Origin: Thermodesulfobacteriota bacterium
GTDB lineage: Bacteria > Desulfobacterota_D > UBA1144 > Nemesobacterales > UBA2774
NCBI GenBank assembly: GCA_965216785.1
Contig: OZ244197.1
Location: 1,504,001 to 1,568,000, forward strand
Length of the DNA: 64,000 nt
Direction of reading: 5' to 3'
Below, one piece after another: positions 19,764 through 28,862 of this stretch (its first letter is position 1; every line of letters begins with the position of its first letter). The notes below the pieces were generated by a model. The model made no database searches and was not told the origin of the DNA. It saw only the letters and a program-made list of their open reading frames with translations. The translations under genes were made by a program, and so were the position numbers.

Positions 19764-22523
19764 TTAGCTAATAACCGGACTCTTGCTATAAATATCCCAG
19801 TCGGTATTAACCCTTGATCCTAATTTTTCGATAGCTCTTCTTGACGCTATGTTATCTTCCAAAATCCATGTCAATGCGGCCCTTTCGTATCCGTTATGTA
19901 TCATTGCTTCACATGCCCTGCCTAAAAGACAGGCTCCGAGCCCCTTTCCACGGAATGTCGGTGATGTACCGACAATAGTTACCGCTCCCTTGTGAATCTT
20001 TCTAAGCTCAAGCGGAATCTTGATAAGCTTGAGGAGTTTTGTCTCCCCCGCGAGATCTCTGAAGATGGCCGCATAGTCCGGGAACGCCCCTACAAACCCC
20101 ACGGGCTCGCCGCGCTGCTCCGCAATAAGCCAGAATTCGGGCTCAATCAGTGACTTGAAGTCCTCGGCGAACTCTAAGAGCTCTTCGTATTCAAGGGGGA
20201 CGTAACCCCATTGCTTGGCCAGTGAAGCATTGTACAGATCGGTGACAGTACGAACTTCCTCCGTCCACTTAGACTTATCGAGCGGTCTAATGCGGATATC
20301 GGACAAAGAGGGATTGTGAGCGTGTCCGTGTACAGTTTTGATATTCTCAGGAGATTTCAGGTCAAGTGTGTAATGCACAAGGTTTTTAATAGGCGTAAAT
20401 CCGGAGTTTTTGAAATACTCGTGGTAGTAGGGGTGAGTGTATATCTGGAGGAATGATGGTATGCCACCATAATTACTTGCAAGGAACCCTCCTCCGAACA
20501 GTCCGAACAGTCCGTTCACAGGGCCCCTTACTTCCTTACAGCCTTCAGAGTCCAAAAACTCACTTGCCTTTCCAAGTAGCAGCTCCACAGCCACACTTTT
20601 GTCGGGAAGCGCTTCAAAGAATCCTACAAATCCTGTTTTAGTATTGTGGTATCGGTTGAAATATTTGTCTACAAATGCGCTTACTGTGCCAACTAGCTTA
20701 CCATCTTCTTCAACGATGAACCTCTTGCCATAAACTTTTCTCTGGTAATAGTACTTGTTGCTGATTAGCTTTATCTGATCCTTGATTAGAAAATACGGTA
20801 CCCAGGCGGGGCAGTCTTTATAAACCTCCCAGGAAAATCTTACGGATTTTTCTATATCTTCTTTAGAGCTGATTTCTTTGACCGAGTATTTCTCTCCGTC
20901 CTCATAGTTAAATGTAAAGGGTTTATCTATAATCCCGTATTTTCTTCCCAACTTCTCAAATACTTCAAGAGTAGTATCCAAGTCTTCCTGAGTATGAGTG
21001 GCCATAACACTAACCCTGAAGCGCTCGTGTCCTTTGGGCACTGCCGGGTGAGGAATAGCGTTTGTGTATATGCCCTCTTCGTGCAAATTCCTGCTCATTT
21101 TTTTAAGGGTAAGCTCGTCACCAATCATGACGGGGATTATCGCGGTCTCGCTCTGCGCGGTATCAAACCCAAGGCTCTTAAGGTTTTCCCTCATATACCT
21201 TATGTTTCCCCAGAGGTTTTTATGGAGCTCTTTATCCGTTTGCATGACCTCTATGGCAGCAAGTGCCGAGGCTGCGACTGAAGGCGGGAAATTGGTGGAG
21301 AAGAAAAAAGAGCGCGTATAATATCTTAGGAAATTCACAACCTCTTTTGTTGAGGCTACGAACCCACCGACTGCCCCCAAAGACTTGCTGAGAGTGCCCA
21401 TGACGAGGTCGACTTCCCCGGGTTTCATTTGAAAGTAACTCGGTGTGCCGCTTCCCATCTCTCCGACGACGCCTGTTGCGTGTGCTTCATCGACCATTAT
21501 TTTGGCTCCGTACTCGTGAGCCACTTCCGTTAGCTGCGCCAGCGGAGCGATGTCTCCGTCCATACTGTAAACGCCGTCTATCAGTACAAGCTTGCCCTGG
21601 AAATTATCAATGTTTCTTTTTAGTACTCCCCTGAGGCTCTCTACGTCTGAGTGCTTGAATGTTCTGAAAGAGCCCGCGGAAAGAATGCAGCCGTCTATGA
21701 TGCTCGCGTGCGCGAGTCTGTCTATGGCTGCCAGGTCGCCGTTTCTTACCAGTGCTTGAATGCATCCGAGGTTTGTTACATACCCGCTAGGGAATACCAA
21801 AGCGTCTTCACAGCCTTTGAGCTCTGCAAGCCTCATCTCGAGCTTTCTGTGTATGTCGAATGAGCCTGCCAGAAGAGGTACCGAGCCCGCGCCGGCCCCG
21901 TATTTATCCATCATTTTCTGCGCGGCGCTGATGACTTTGGGATGGGCGGTCAGGCCTAGGTAATTGTTGCTGCCCATCATGACCATCTCTTTTTCTTCCC
22001 CGGTAAAATCATCCTCGATCATAACCCTGTTAGAGGACATGGACGTAAGCGGTCTTCTGTATCTGATATAGCCCTTCTCCGTCATATCGGTGCGATACTC
22101 CCAGAACACGTCTGCTTTCTTAAAAATGTCGGGGTCCGGATAGTCAGGGAAATCGGCTAGAGAGTAGTTGTCGGAATTGAGCTTGTTAGAGCCTGACTGA
22201 AGATATTTTTTTATTTTAGATCTGTCGGATTTGGAAATATTTACAAACTTAATACCGAGTCCAATCTGCTCTGAATCGCTCTTTACGGAGTGCACAGCTT
22301 CACAATATACTTTAACAGGGAAAGAGGATTCAGAGAGGTCCAGCTCTAAAAAGAGTTTAGAGCCCGGCTTATAGAGCTCTTGGGTCTCAACAAACATCCC
22401 GTCTTCCGATAGGTCTGTTGCGATACCAAAAACTGTGCCGCTTCCCCGAAGCAGTACCTTGAAGCTTGCATGAGTTCTTTCGAATCTCCTGCGCTCGCCG
22501 CTTTTTTCAATTAAAATACCCAC
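19764..22523 (-). CDS. PilZ + PLP alpha-oxoamine synthase (SPT/BioF/Kbl/CqsA family) + YghO/bCerS-like GNAT fusion protein
   Basis: R12xxxR16 and D37xS39xxG42 PilZ motifs; GSNNYLGL, HASIIDG, VYSMDG, DEAH, GTLSK(380); C-terminal WVP, GFVGFFE, RGPVN, PYY, FRGKGLG, WILEDN; GTG start with GGAGG SD. Confidence 0.88.
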   Translation of the reverse strand: MGILIEKSGERRRFERTHASFKVLLRGSGTVFGIATDLSEDGMFVETQELYKPGSKLFLELDLSESSFPVKVYCEAVHSVKSDSEQIGLGIKFVNISKSDRSKIKKYLQSGSNKLNSDNYSLADFPDYPDPDIFKKADVFWEYRTDMTEKGYIRYRRPLTSMSSNRVMIEDDFTGEEKEMVMMGSNNYLGLTAHPKVISAAQKMMDKYGAGAGSVPLLAGSFDIHRKLEMRLAELKGCEDALVFPSGYVTNLGCIQALVRNGDLAAIDRLAHASIIDGCILSAGSFRTFKHSDVESLRGVLKRNIDNFQGKLVLIDGVYSMDGDIAPLAQLTEVAHEYGAKIMVDEAHATGVVGEMGSGTPSYFQMKPGEVDLVMGTLSKSLGAVGGFVASTKEVVNFLRYYTRSFFFSTNFPPSVAASALAAIEVMQTDKELHKNLWGNIRYMRENLKSLGFDTAQSETAIIPVMIGDELTLKKMSRNLHEEGIYTNAIPHPAVPKGHERFRVSVMATHTQEDLDTTLEVFEKLGRKYGIIDKPFTFNYEDGEKYSVKEISSKEDIEKSVRFSWEVYKDCPAWVPYFLIKDQIKLISNKYYYQRKVYGKRFIVEEDGKLVGTVSAFVDKYFNRYHNTKTGFVGFFEALPDKSVAVELLLGKASEFLDSEGCKEVRGPVNGLFGLFGGGFLASNYGGIPSFLQIYTHPYYHEYFKNSGFTPIKNLVHYTLDLKSPENIKTVHGHAHNPSLSDIRIRPLDKSKWTEEVRTVTDLYNASLAKQWGYVPLEYEELLEFAEDFKSLIEPEFWLIAEQRGEPVGFVGAFPDYAAIFRDLAGETKLLKLIKIPLELRKIHKGAVTIVGTSPTFRGKGLGACLLGRACEAMIHNGYERAALTWILEDNIASRRAIEKLGSRVNTDWDIYSKSPVIS

Positions 22524-22640
22524 AAGCGATCCTCCAAAAAAGCCGTCAACTTTTAGGGTCTTCTTTAATATACTTAATAAACTTCTTGATGCCTAGGCGA
22601 TAATTATCCTATAATATTGAATAAAATGCAAGCGGTTCGC

Positions 22641-22740
22641 TCTTCGGTAGCCCAACTACCATAGGCGAAAAATAATTTCGCCCTTAGGCTTGAAGCTTTG
22701 CGTCCTATCTTTTCAGATAGTTTGCCGTTTCGGAATGACC
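22641..22740 (-). promoter_or_regulatory. cyclic di-GMP-I (GEMM-I) riboswitch
   Basis: minus strand reads GGCAAAC-TATCT-GAAA-AGATAG-GACGCAAAGC-TTCAAGCCTAAGGGCGAAA...TTTCGCCTATGGTAGTTGGGCTACCG: GNRA-capped P2, GACGCAAAGC junction, CTAA/TATGG tetraloop-receptor-like element in P3, terminal ACCG. Confidence 0.92.
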
Positions 22741-22756
22741 TCATGACCCACTATAA

Positions 22757-22785
22757 AGTTTAGTGCAACTTTTAAATACGCGCAA
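22757..22785 (-). promoter_or_regulatory. sigma70-type promoter upstream of the riboswitch
   Basis: TTGCGC-N17-TAAACT about 15 nt above the aptamer 5' end. Confidence 0.55.
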
Positions 22786-22916
22786 TATATAATTATGAAA
22801 TGATATAGATGATATAAGGTTGCAAAAAAAGGTATCAATGTTTAAGGGATAGTAAGCATGGATCGCCTTAATAAAGGGGGTATGTGTGTGAGTAATTTTT
22901 ACAAATTATTAAAGAG

Positions 22917-23987
22917 TTATATTCTCGCTATTTTTGACTGTAGAAGGTGATCGACGAGAACAAGGTTTACCATTGCTTCCGCGATCGGTACCGCTCTTGG
23001 GCAAAGGCACGGGTCGTGTCTTCCTTTCACTTTAAGCTCTTTAGGCTTACCTTTCTTATCTACCGTATGCTGCGTTTTGGATATCGAAGAAGTGGGTTTT
23101 ATGGCTATCCGTACTACGAGGTCCTCGCCGTTCGTTATGCCGCCGAGCATCCCCCCGGCGTTATTCGATTTAAAGCGTAGGTTCCCTTTCTTGTCTTTAT
23201 ACATTACGTCGTTTGATTCTGAGCCCTTCATCTCCGCTACATTAAATCCGAGTCCCACTTCAAAGCCTCTTATGCCGCCTAGGCTCATAAGCGCCGCAGC
23301 AAGGTCTGCGTCCATCTTATTAAACACAGGGCTCCCGAGCCCTGCGGGCAGTCCCGTGGACACAACCTCTACTGTGCCCCCGATCGAGTCCCCCTCTTTC
23401 CTGACTTGGTCAATCAGCGCTATCATCTCCTCGGCTTTCTTTTTGTCAGGGCACCGTACGATGTTTCTTTCAATTTCTCTGAAGCTTATTTTCTCTGCCA
23501 CTACGTGACCCACTTGCTTTACGTACCCGTAGGTTTTTATCCCTTCGCGGCCAAGTATCTTCTTGGCTATAGCACCTGCCGCGACTCTCCCCACGGTCTC
23601 GCGGTTTGACGATCTCCCGCCGCCCCTGTGGTCCCTGAACCCATACTTAGCGTCATAGGTGAAGTCCGCGTGCCCCGGGCGGTAAGTGTCCTTTATATCC
23701 TCATAGGATTTTGAGATGGCGTCAATGTTCTCTACCATAATAGAGATAGGCGTGCCTAAAGTTTTCCCTTCGAACACACCCGAGAGTATCCGGGCCTTGT
23801 CGGGCTCTTTTCTCTGGGTAGTGATCTTACTCTGCCCGGGGCGCCTTCTGTCAAGCTCGACCTGAATCTCCTCTTCAGAGATCTTTAGGCCTGCGGGACA
23901 GCCGTCCACGACGACTCCTACCGCCTTGCCGTGAGATTCTCCCCAGGTTGTTATACGGAAAATTGTGCCGAATGAATTGCCGGGCAT
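22917..23987 (-). CDS. aroC: chorismate synthase
   Basis: GESHG, RPGHAD, GGGRSS.RET, KPTSSI, GRHDPC. Confidence 0.97.
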   Translation of the reverse strand: MPGNSFGTIFRITTWGESHGKAVGVVVDGCPAGLKISEEEIQVELDRRRPGQSKITTQRKEPDKARILSGVFEGKTLGTPISIMVENIDAISKSYEDIKDTYRPGHADFTYDAKYGFRDHRGGGRSSNRETVGRVAAGAIAKKILGREGIKTYGYVKQVGHVVAEKISFREIERNIVRCPDKKKAEEMIALIDQVRKEGDSIGGTVEVVSTGLPAGLGSPVFNKMDADLAAALMSLGGIRGFEVGLGFNVAEMKGSESNDVMYKDKKGNLRFKSNNAGGMLGGITNGEDLVVRIAIKPTSSISKTQHTVDKKGKPKELKVKGRHDPCLCPRAVPIAEAMVNLVLVDHLLQSKIARI

Positions 23988-23994
23988 GAGGAAG

Positions 23995-24023
23995 ATTTTA
24001 TATTAAGGAATATTGCCTTGCAA
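23995..24023 (-). promoter_or_regulatory. sigma70-type promoter for aroC (leaderless)
   Basis: TTGCAA-N17-TAAAAT, 7 nt before ATG, no SD. Confidence 0.6.
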
Positions 24024-24119
24024 ATCCTGAGCCCAATAATAGAGAAAAACCTAAGAATTTTTAAGCCCCTGAAGGTGCGATATTGAGAAGCCTGCATACC
24101 GGGGTATATTGTTAGGGCT

Positions 24120-24776
24120 ATGACAGAGAAAATCGTTCTAGAGCTTGAAGATCTACTTAAAGACAGAGAATTTGAGGAAGGCGAGAAAAGACTAAAAGAG
24201 GCGCTAGAGATCGCCGAGAGAGAGTGGGGGAAGCTCGCTCTCTCGCTTGAGCTTGCGGGGGATATCGGGGAGTTTCGTAAAGAGGATTTTATGATCGGGG
24301 TGATCGAAGAGGACGTTATTATACGCAAGCCCCTTACGAGCCCGACTAAGTCGGTCTCGGTTTACGACCCGACATTTTACCCCATGTACTTTGTCGAAAA
24401 CCTGCTCACTATGGACGAAAGACTCGCAGGCACGGGGTACAGAACGACCCAGGCCCTATACGTCTATATAGAGCTTGCAACCAGGGCAGCAGAGAGGCTA
24501 GGGCTAACGGGCTCTTTCGCCATGTCTTTCGGCTCGGGCTACGCTCACGTGCGCACAGGCTGGATCGCCGAGAAGGGATATCCTGTAGAAAGGGGTATAT
24601 TCGAGAAGATGTTCTTCATGGATAGGAAAAAGCACTATGAATGGGATTTTCACTGGACCTCGGTAAGGGAAAAATTAAAGGAAATTCTTGATAAATGGAG
24701 CGCGTGGCAGTCAGATGAAAAACTGTTCCTTAAAGAAGTGAAATCACCCGCTATCGTAAGACCTATGCTGGTCTGA
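24120..24776 (+). CDS. hypothetical protein
   Basis: 218 aa ORF filling the gap between aroC and dnaB; no recognised motif. Confidence 0.75.
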   Translation: MTEKIVLELEDLLKDREFEEGEKRLKEALEIAEREWGKLALSLELAGDIGEFRKEDFMIGVIEEDVIIRKPLTSPTKSVSVYDPTFYPMYFVENLLTMDERLAGTGYRTTQALYVYIELATRAAERLGLTGSFAMSFGSGYAHVRTGWIAEKGYPVERGIFEKMFFMDRKKHYEWDFHWTSVREKLKEILDKWSAWQSDEKLFLKEVKSPAIVRPMLV

Positions 24777-24818
24777 TTCCCGAAATATTGATATAAACTA
24801 ATTTAGGTGGCAGCGGTT

Positions 24819-26174
24819 TTATAGAATGTCGTCTTCGTATTCTTCGGCCAGGTTCTCAAAACTGGGAACGCCGTGCTGCTCGAGGAACGCAAGGCTAACA
24901 GTACCCGTAGGGCCGTTCCTCTGCTTTCCGATAATAAGCTCTGCAAGACCGTCTTTTTCTTCGGCGTTTTTCTTGTAGGCGTCTGCTCTGTGTATGAACA
25001 TAACGACGTCCGCGTCCTGCTCTATTGCGCCGCTCTCTCTTAAGTCCGCAAGCTGGGGTCTTCTGTCGGAGCGTGCCTCGGTCTGTCTGGATAGCTGAGA
25101 GACTGCTATGACAGGGACGCTGAGCTCCTTTGCAAGAGCTTTGAGTGAGCCTGAGATTTCCGCAATTTCCCTTTCTCTTGACTCTGTTCTCCTGGAGCCC
25201 CTCATAAGCTGCAGATAATCCACTATGATGAGGTCAAGACCTTTATCTCGCTTTTGTCTTCGCGCTTTGGCTCGTATTTCCAGTACCGTGATTGCCGGGG
25301 TGTCGTCTATAAATATTTTTGCCTGGCTGAATTCGTCTGCGGCGTGAACAAGTTTTTCAAGGTCTTCATCCTTAATATAGCCGCTCCTTATACCGGAGAA
25401 GCTGACTTTGGCTTTATTTGAGAGCATCCTGAGCATTAGCTGTTCTTTTGTCATCTCGAGAGAGAATATTCCTACCGCAAACCCGTGATCAATAGCCGCG
25501 TGGGTTGCAAGGTTAAGACAAAACGAGGTTTTCCCCAGCCCCGGTCGCGCCGCAATAATTATAAGATCAGAGTCCTGAAGTCCCGAGGTCATTCTGTCCA
25601 GCTTTTCAAAACCCGTGGCAATTCCCGTTACGAGCTCTTTTCTCTGATGGAGCGCCTCTATTATCTCAAGCGCGCTTCCGGCAAGCTCTCTAGTGCCGTA
25701 AAAACTCGGCTTTATCTTGTTCTGGGCAATGTCCATTATCCGGTGCTCTGCGTGGTCGATGAACTCATCAATGTCCACATTGCCCTCGTTGCCTTTGTGC
25801 GCTATATCGGTCGCGGTCATAACGAGGTTCCTGAGGATGCTGGACTCTTTTACGAGCTTTGCATAATAGCCGACGTTTTCGGTAGCCGGGACAAGCTCGG
25901 TTAGGTAGGTGAGGTAGCTTGATTCGCCGACCTCTTCCATCAGATTGCCTTCTGCCTTTAAGTGGTCAAAGAGTGTGAGGAGGTCGATAGGCTTATTTTC
26001 TTTGTCCAGATCGATCATAGCGTTATAGATCTTTCTGTGCGCGTCCTTATAGAAATCCTCAGGTATCAGGATTTCGAGCACCTGGTTCATTGTGGTGCTC
26101 TCTATAAGTATCGCACCAAGCACTGCCTGCTCGGCTTCTATATTTTGAGGGAGCGGTCGGGTAAGCATCTCCAT
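24819..26174 (-). CDS. dnaB: replicative DNA helicase
   Basis: PQNIEAEQAVLG, AARPGLGKT, DYLQL, SQLSR, DLRESGAIEQDAD, KQRNGP; no intein. Confidence 0.98.
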   Translation of the reverse strand: MEMLTRPLPQNIEAEQAVLGAILIESTTMNQVLEILIPEDFYKDAHRKIYNAMIDLDKENKPIDLLTLFDHLKAEGNLMEEVGESSYLTYLTELVPATENVGYYAKLVKESSILRNLVMTATDIAHKGNEGNVDIDEFIDHAEHRIMDIAQNKIKPSFYGTRELAGSALEIIEALHQRKELVTGIATGFEKLDRMTSGLQDSDLIIIAARPGLGKTSFCLNLATHAAIDHGFAVGIFSLEMTKEQLMLRMLSNKAKVSFSGIRSGYIKDEDLEKLVHAADEFSQAKIFIDDTPAITVLEIRAKARRQKRDKGLDLIIVDYLQLMRGSRRTESREREIAEISGSLKALAKELSVPVIAVSQLSRQTEARSDRRPQLADLRESGAIEQDADVVMFIHRADAYKKNAEEKDGLAELIIGKQRNGPTGTVSLAFLEQHGVPSFENLAEEYEDDIL

Positions 26175-26245
26175 GGCATTTAATATTAAATCAAATCTCC
26201 TACTGTTCCAATAACGTGACTAAAAATAAGACTCTCATTCAGAGA

Positions 26246-26992
26246 TTAAATCCCATATTTAAGCCTTTCTGCCAGTACTTTGTTGAGCCCGGCCTCAATT
26301 ATTTTTTTCTGCGCAGATTCTACATCGTAGCGGACTCTCCTAAATTCTAAGCTTCCTCTGTCGTCATAAATTAGATAAGACGCTCTGGGGTCACGGTCCC
26401 TCGGCTGCCCCGCGCTCCCAGGGTTAACGAGGTGCTCGGCTTCTTCCTCAAGTTGAATCTCCAGGCTGATTTTATCCTCTGCAATCTTGCTTACATATAT
26501 GTCCTGGACTTTTTTTTCTTTCCGGCGGTACACCGCGCCTACATGAGTGTGGCCGAAAAAGCAGAGTCCGGCCCCGCGCAGCAAATCAAACTCGGGCTCT
26601 GCCTCTAATTGCCCTATTATATATTTATCGGGGTCTGAAATAGCTCCGTGGACAATAATAAAATTTCCGTAATCTTTACTCTCCGGAAGAGCGGCCAGAT
26701 ACTCTTTGTTTTCGTGAGTGAGATTCTCCCGAGTCCAGAGCGCCGTCTCACGGGCAATAGGGTTAAAATTTAGCGGCTCTTCTATTCCAGCGGCTACTTT
26801 ATCGTGGTTGCCTATGATTGAGGCTGCGGATTTTTCTCTCAGAAGCCCGACGCACTCGTTTGGCTCCGCACCGTAGCCGACTATATCGCCCAGCGATAGT
26901 ATGTGATCGCACTTAAGCAGATGTATCTCATCCAGCACCGCTTTAAGCGCCTGAAGATTTGAGTGAATGTCTGAGATAATGGCGTATTTCAA
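26246..26992 (-). CDS. calcineurin-like metallophosphoesterase
   Basis: SDIHSN, GDIVGYG, GNHD, GHTH, NPGS.GQPRD. Confidence 0.9.
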   Translation of the reverse strand: MKYAIISDIHSNLQALKAVLDEIHLLKCDHILSLGDIVGYGAEPNECVGLLREKSAASIIGNHDKVAAGIEEPLNFNPIARETALWTRENLTHENKEYLAALPESKDYGNFIIVHGAISDPDKYIIGQLEAEPEFDLLRGAGLCFFGHTHVGAVYRRKEKKVQDIYVSKIAEDKISLEIQLEEEAEHLVNPGSAGQPRDRDPRASYLIYDDRGSLEFRRVRYDVESAQKKIIEAGLNKVLAERLKYGI

Positions 26993-27016
26993 GAAGGAGG
27001 ATCCATTTGTACTTCT

Positions 27017-28345
27017 CTAGCCGATTAGTACAATTCCAATATCCATAACATTAGTACCGGTGGGTCCCGTAACGACCAGGTCGCCGATCTTATTGAAGAA
27101 CTCATAGGAATCGTTACGCGCAAGATGCTCCCTTGCGCTAACGTCTATGGCCCTTGCCCTAAGCCTGCTCTCGCCGTCACAAATGGCCCCCGCCGCGTCT
27201 TCTATCGGTCCGTCTATACCGTCAGTATCGCAAAAAAGGCCTACTATGTCGTGTCCCATAATCTCCATACAGAATGAAAGCGCTGTCTCTGTGCTCCTGC
27301 CGCCTTTGCCGCTTCCGTGTATTGTAACTGCCGTCTCTCCACCGAATATTATGCAGGAGGGTTTTTTCACAGGCATATCGAACCTCTCGATCTCAAACGC
27401 GATCGATGCGACGACTTTGGCGACTTCTCTGGCCTCTCCGTTTACCTGAGACGATAGCATGAGTGTGTTGTATCCAAGCTCCTTTGCTTTTTTAACGCCT
27501 GCCGAAAGAGAGATGTAATTACTTCCCACGATCAGCGTCTGTACGTTCTCGGGGTCGTATTCACCAGGTTTTAATGTCTCGGGGGCGTTTCCGCTGCGTC
27601 CTTCTTCAAGATGCACTACTACGTGGGGCGGGATTTCATGAACAACGTCCAGGGCCTCAATTACTCTCCACGCGTCCTCATATGTCGAGCGATCCGGTAC
27701 TGTATGGCCCGAAGCAATAGCGTCCAGCCTGTCGCTCACGACGTTTGAGAGTATAAGGGTGACAACTCTGGCCGGAAGCGCCTTTTTGAGAAGCCCGCCG
27801 CCTTTTATTTGAGATAAGTGCTTTCTTACCGCGTTCAATCCGTTCTTATCAACTCCTGAAGTGAGCAGGGCTTGAGTGGTCTTTCTGATATGGTCGAGCG
27901 TAAGCCCACTGGCTGGCAATTCAAGTAGCGCGCTTCCTCCGCCGGAGATAAGGAATATCACAAGATCGTCCGAGCCTGCATTCTCGAGTATCAGAGACGC
28001 CTCTTTAGCGGCGCTCAGGCTTCTTTCATCAGGTACAGGGTGGCTTGAGATATAGAAGCCGAGTTTGTTGAAATTAATTTCAGGGTTTGAATTTGAAACC
28101 ACAATGCCGCCGCTAAGCCGCTCACCGAGCGCCTCCTCGAGCGCCTCTGCCATGGCTGGGGCCGCTTTTCCGAATGCGATCGCGTATACGGAATTGAATT
28201 CATCCAGGTTGTATGTGGTTTCGCCTACGGTTAGTACGTTCTCTTTAAACGCTATGTGGTCTAGTACGCATTTTCTGGGATTAGCCGCCGAAACAGCTTC
28301 TTCAAAAATCTTTAGAGCGTCCGCTCTTGCTTGCTCTGTATTCAT
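27017..28345 (-). CDS. glycerate kinase family (DUF4147/MOFRL, TtuD/GckA-like)
   Basis: GKAA, HPVPD, ISGGGSAL, RKHLS.IKGG, GGET, TDGIDG, TGPTGTNVMD. Confidence 0.88.
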   Translation of the reverse strand: MNTEQARADALKIFEEAVSAANPRKCVLDHIAFKENVLTVGETTYNLDEFNSVYAIAFGKAAPAMAEALEEALGERLSGGIVVSNSNPEINFNKLGFYISSHPVPDERSLSAAKEASLILENAGSDDLVIFLISGGGSALLELPASGLTLDHIRKTTQALLTSGVDKNGLNAVRKHLSQIKGGGLLKKALPARVVTLILSNVVSDRLDAIASGHTVPDRSTYEDAWRVIEALDVVHEIPPHVVVHLEEGRSGNAPETLKPGEYDPENVQTLIVGSNYISLSAGVKKAKELGYNTLMLSSQVNGEAREVAKVVASIAFEIERFDMPVKKPSCIIFGGETAVTIHGSGKGGRSTETALSFCMEIMGHDIVGLFCDTDGIDGPIEDAAGAICDGESRLRARAIDVSAREHLARNDSYEFFNKIGDLVVTGPTGTNVMDIGIVLIG

Positions 28346-28376
28346 ATTCCCCCAATTACTGTAACGCTGTAGCTGC

Positions 28377-28862
28377 TCAGTCCTTTCTGAGCTCTTCTAT
28401 AATTTGATCTATTTTTTCTTTCGTTAGATTCTCGACAAGATCGTCATCGACGAGCATGACTGGCGCTGTGCCGCATGCTGCCAGACATTCTGCCTCCATT
28501 AACGTGATCTTTCCGTCAGAAGTAGTGCCGCCTGTGTGCACGCCCAGTTTGTCACACATATAGTGCTCGACCTGCTCTGCGCCCTTAAGCCCGCAAGAGA
28601 GCGTGCGGCATAGCCACACAACGTGCTTTCCGGGCTGCTTTCTAAAGAACATAGTATAGAAGGTAGCGACGCTCTGAACATTTGCCGGGGTCAGCCCTAA
28701 AATTTGTGCCGCCTCTTCCATGGATTCGTCAGTTAAATAACCAAATTCATTCTGAATTTCTCGTAAGACCGGTATGAGGGCGGATTGTTTGGTCTCTGAT
28801 TTCGCGACTATCGAGTCTATTTTCTCTTTAAGCTCTTGGGTAAATATCTTCTTGTCGGGCAT
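28377..28862 (-). CDS. nuoE: NADH-quinone oxidoreductase subunit E-like [2Fe-2S] protein
   Basis: VATFYTMF, CRTLSC, ECLAAC..AP ligands. Confidence 0.88.
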   Translation of the reverse strand: MPDKKIFTQELKEKIDSIVAKSETKQSALIPVLREIQNEFGYLTDESMEEAAQILGLTPANVQSVATFYTMFFRKQPGKHVVWLCRTLSCGLKGAEQVEHYMCDKLGVHTGGTTSDGKITLMEAECLAACGTAPVMLVDDDLVENLTKEKIDQIIEELRKD

